Shown here: piece by piece, positions 61,592-64,000 of the stretch
Layout: each line of letters begins with the position of its first letter
Numbering within the stretch: the first letter of the stretch is position 1
Assembly (NCBI GenBank): GCA_963662285.2
Contig: CAXXMV010000001.1
Location: 640,001-704,000 of the forward strand
Direction: 5' to 3'
DNA length: 64,000 nucleotides
Source: a bacterium
GTDB taxonomy: Bacteria > Hinthialibacterota > Hinthialibacteria > Hinthialibacterales > Hinthialibacteraceae
Program-made: the position numbers and the translations under genes
The notes under the pieces: model-generated
Databases searched by the model: none
What the model was told of the DNA's origin: nothing
The model's input: only the letters and a program-made list of their open reading frames with translations

Positions 61592-62488
61592 CTACCAACC
61601 GAGATGATCATAGGCGGCTATTTTACCTGTTTCAGCATCGACGTAAACATATATTTCAGTTATTGCATATTCATGTTTGCCTGATTTTGTTTTAATTTTC
61701 TCCTTTAACTTATATAGATATTTCCATGCTAATAAACCTTCTGTTTCAGCATCAGAGACAAGATTGCGCTTAATTGGATCCATTACATAAGAAAGATTAA
61801 TGACCATAGGATAAACATCCTTCAGTTCAATCCCGACATTTGAATTAGGGTATCCTTTTTCCAGTAAATCCTCCGCAAAGGCCCTGGTTTTTTTCAAACC
61901 TGCTTTCTTATCGACCTTTATTGATTTATTCAGAATTTTTCGAGTTACAAAAGACTGAGTTATATACACTAATTCCTGTTTTGAATTGTATGACAGAGCA
62001 ACACAATCCAGATCATGCTGATAAGGAATTCCATCTTCCGTCAATTTCTGCCAAGTAACAATCCATTGAGGACCTCCTTGATGACAATATTCAGCCCACC
62101 TGATTTCCGGTTCACCCAAGTTAACATTTGGTAGAGAGAAAAAGACTTCCCCATCTTTCTTCGCTCGATCAAATATTTTTTCCCGAAGATATACCGGTTC
62201 TTTTTTAAACTGTTCATCATCACCTGGATAGTATGCTAAATCAACCTTGATTTGTTGGAGATCATCAGAATAAATCATATTATATTTTTTTTCACCAATA
62301 TAAAAACTGCCTGAATACCTCTTGATGTTATCACTATTTTTATCAAGATTCTTCTTATAATCAGAAATTTTCATTTCTTTTGAAAATAAAGAAATATATT
62401 TTTTAACCATATCTGGCTCATCACCCAAACCACCCATAGCTGTCGTGCATAGGTAGAAGATAATAATATTCTTAAGAGAGAAAATCAT
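61592..62488 (-). CDS. Hypothetical exported protein with PepSY-like C-terminus
   Basis: AT-rich 298-aa ORF; LAW...VYVDAETGKI. Confidence 0.55.
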   Translation of the reverse strand: MIFSLKNIIIFYLCTTAMGGLGDEPDMVKKYISLFSKEMKISDYKKNLDKNSDNIKRYSGSFYIGEKKYNMIYSDDLQQIKVDLAYYPGDDEQFKKEPVYLREKIFDRAKKDGEVFFSLPNVNLGEPEIRWAEYCHQGGPQWIVTWQKLTEDGIPYQHDLDCVALSYNSKQELVYITQSFVTRKILNKSIKVDKKAGLKKTRAFAEDLLEKGYPNSNVGIELKDVYPMVINLSYVMDPIKRNLVSDAETEGLLAWKYLYKLKEKIKTKSGKHEYAITEIYVYVDAETGKIAAYDHLGW

Positions 62489-62920
62489 AACTATACATCT
62501 CCTTAATTATTGAGATTATAATCTACTTTGAAATTTCCCTGACCGATTTTTCTGAATTTATCTTGATATAGTATTACATTCCTCAACATCTGTCATAATA
62601 CTTAACGGAACATGAACAACGAATCATTTTTATTTGATCCGGTTATTATTTATATTTGTCTGAATCTAGATAAGAAGCAGTTTCTATTATTGAGATACTT
62701 AGGAATTACGAAAAAATATCTATAGTTGTATCATTATTTGATTTAATCCGTTTTGTCGAGTGTAGTTTTAGATTATTCCTCACACTAACAGGGGACTTTG
62801 TTAAATCAAAAGTAATTACACCAAACAGGGCAACCACAAGGGATTGCCCCTACGGGTGATTAGAAGGTGATTTATAATCGTATTAGATATATAAAATACA
62901 AATAATCGTAAAGTGGACTT

Positions 62921-63847
62921 ATGTGGACATATACCTTAAAACGATCATTGCATACTATCCCGGTTTTAATCGGGGTTACTTTGTTGACATTTCTTTTGTT
63001 TCACGCCATTCCCGGCGATCCGGCGCGGATGATGCTGGGGATGCGGCCTAATGTCGCCACTATGGAGATGCTGCGCGAGCAATGGGGATTAGATAAACCA
63101 TTGCATGTACAGTATCTATTATTCATGGAAAAAGCGGTCACCGGAGATTTGGGGCGATCTACCAACGACAACCGGGTAGTGTTTGACACTATTATAAACC
63201 GCGCTCCAGCCACGGGTTTACTGGCGGTGTTCGCGCTGATTTTCGCTGTGATTATTGGAATCCCGGCGGGCATAATGGCGGCGGTTAAGCGTAATAGCTG
63301 GGTTGATTTCAGTTCGATGTTCGTCGCCTTAGCGGGCATATCTCTGCCTATATTCTTTCTGGCGATTTTGTTGGGATGGGTTTTCGCCTATGAGTTGCGC
63401 TGGTTCCCTATGACCGGGTATATATCCAACCGGGGCTGGTTGGCCATCGTACTGCCCGGCGTCGCTTTGGGCACGCGCCCTATGGCTATTATTGCGCGGC
63501 TCACCCGCAGCAGTATGTTGGAAGTGCTGCGCAAGGACTATATTTTAACCGCCCGCGCCAAGGGACAGAATGAAATAATAGTGCTGCTCAAACATGCTTT
63601 CCGCAACGCCTTTAATCCGGTTTTTACGGCTATATCAGGTTCAATGGCGGGATTGATGGTGGGCAGTTTTTTTGTGGAGTTTATCTTCGGATGGCCGGGA
63701 GTGGGACTGCTGGCTATTCAGGCGATCCAAACCCGCGACCTGCCCATGATACAAGGGACGGTTTTATTTGCGGCTTTGATTTTTGTGGTTATTAATCTTT
63801 TGGTTGATATCGGGTACCGGCTTTTGGATCCTCGGGTTAAGTTATGA
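62921..63847 (+). CDS. Peptide/nickel ABC transporter permease (DppB/OppB family)
   Basis: IPGDPA, GLDKPL..QY, GDLGRS, RLTRSSMLEVL..DYILTARAKG, HAFRNA, RDLP. Confidence 0.95.
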   Translation: MWTYTLKRSLHTIPVLIGVTLLTFLLFHAIPGDPARMMLGMRPNVATMEMLREQWGLDKPLHVQYLLFMEKAVTGDLGRSTNDNRVVFDTIINRAPATGLLAVFALIFAVIIGIPAGIMAAVKRNSWVDFSSMFVALAGISLPIFFLAILLGWVFAYELRWFPMTGYISNRGWLAIVLPGVALGTRPMAIIARLTRSSMLEVLRKDYILTARAKGQNEIIVLLKHAFRNAFNPVFTAISGSMAGLMVGSFFVEFIFGWPGVGLLAIQAIQTRDLPMIQGTVLFAALIFVVINLLVDIGYRLLDPRVKL

Positions 63848-63939
63848 TGAAAATTAAGGTGGTTTGATCAAGGGCTGACCGCATTGCGGTCTTGCCCTTG
63901 GCACCCGCGCGGGATTAAGGTTTTACGGAAATAGTTTAT

Positions 63940-64000
63940 ATGTCGATTTTACTTAAGCAGAAAATGGCGTTGGTCGGTGCTATCCTTACCGGCGCGCTTA
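63940..64000 (+). CDS. Probable 5' end of the second ABC permease (DppC/OppC family), truncated by the window
   Basis: MSILLKQKMALVGAILTGAL directly after the dppB-like gene. Confidence 0.45.
   Translation, partial: MSILLKQKMALVGAILTGAL

Overview
Bacterial chromosome segment. A ~41.2-kb integrative element sits in a tRNA-Thr(TGT) gene (2297-2369) and is bounded by an exact 47-bp direct repeat (2325-2371 / 43518-43564). From left to right the element carries: a tyrosine integrase, a small Xis-like ORF, a family-A DNA polymerase and an NrS-1-like primase-helicase; a sigma54 enhancer-binding protein, with sigma54-type promoters upstream of itself and of the replication operon; a nonsense-interrupted BNR/sialidase-like gene; an RHH gene plus three DUF669-like genes; a type I R-M operon; a nonsense-interrupted FGE/CLec surface-protein gene; an SSB/SSAP/PD-(D/E)XK/UvrD/DUF932 recombination module; a complete diversity-generating retroelement (RT, Avd, TR, VR; 24 of 24 TR-VR mismatches at TR adenines) whose target is a secreted GH10 xylanase-CLec fusion; and a peptide-E2-JAB-E1-membrane protein operon with no recognisable ubiquitin-fold gene, headed by an unannotated 55-aa acidic ORF. 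I saw no capsid, terminase, relaxase or T4SS genes. The flanks hold host genes (GxGYxYP protein, PTS IIA, C69 peptidase, pilin-like protein, DUF1573 pair, rhodanese, multiheme cytochrome, aminotransferase, GH43, peptide ABC permease) and several REP-like palindrome families. All family assignments come from motif recognition by eye, not database searches.
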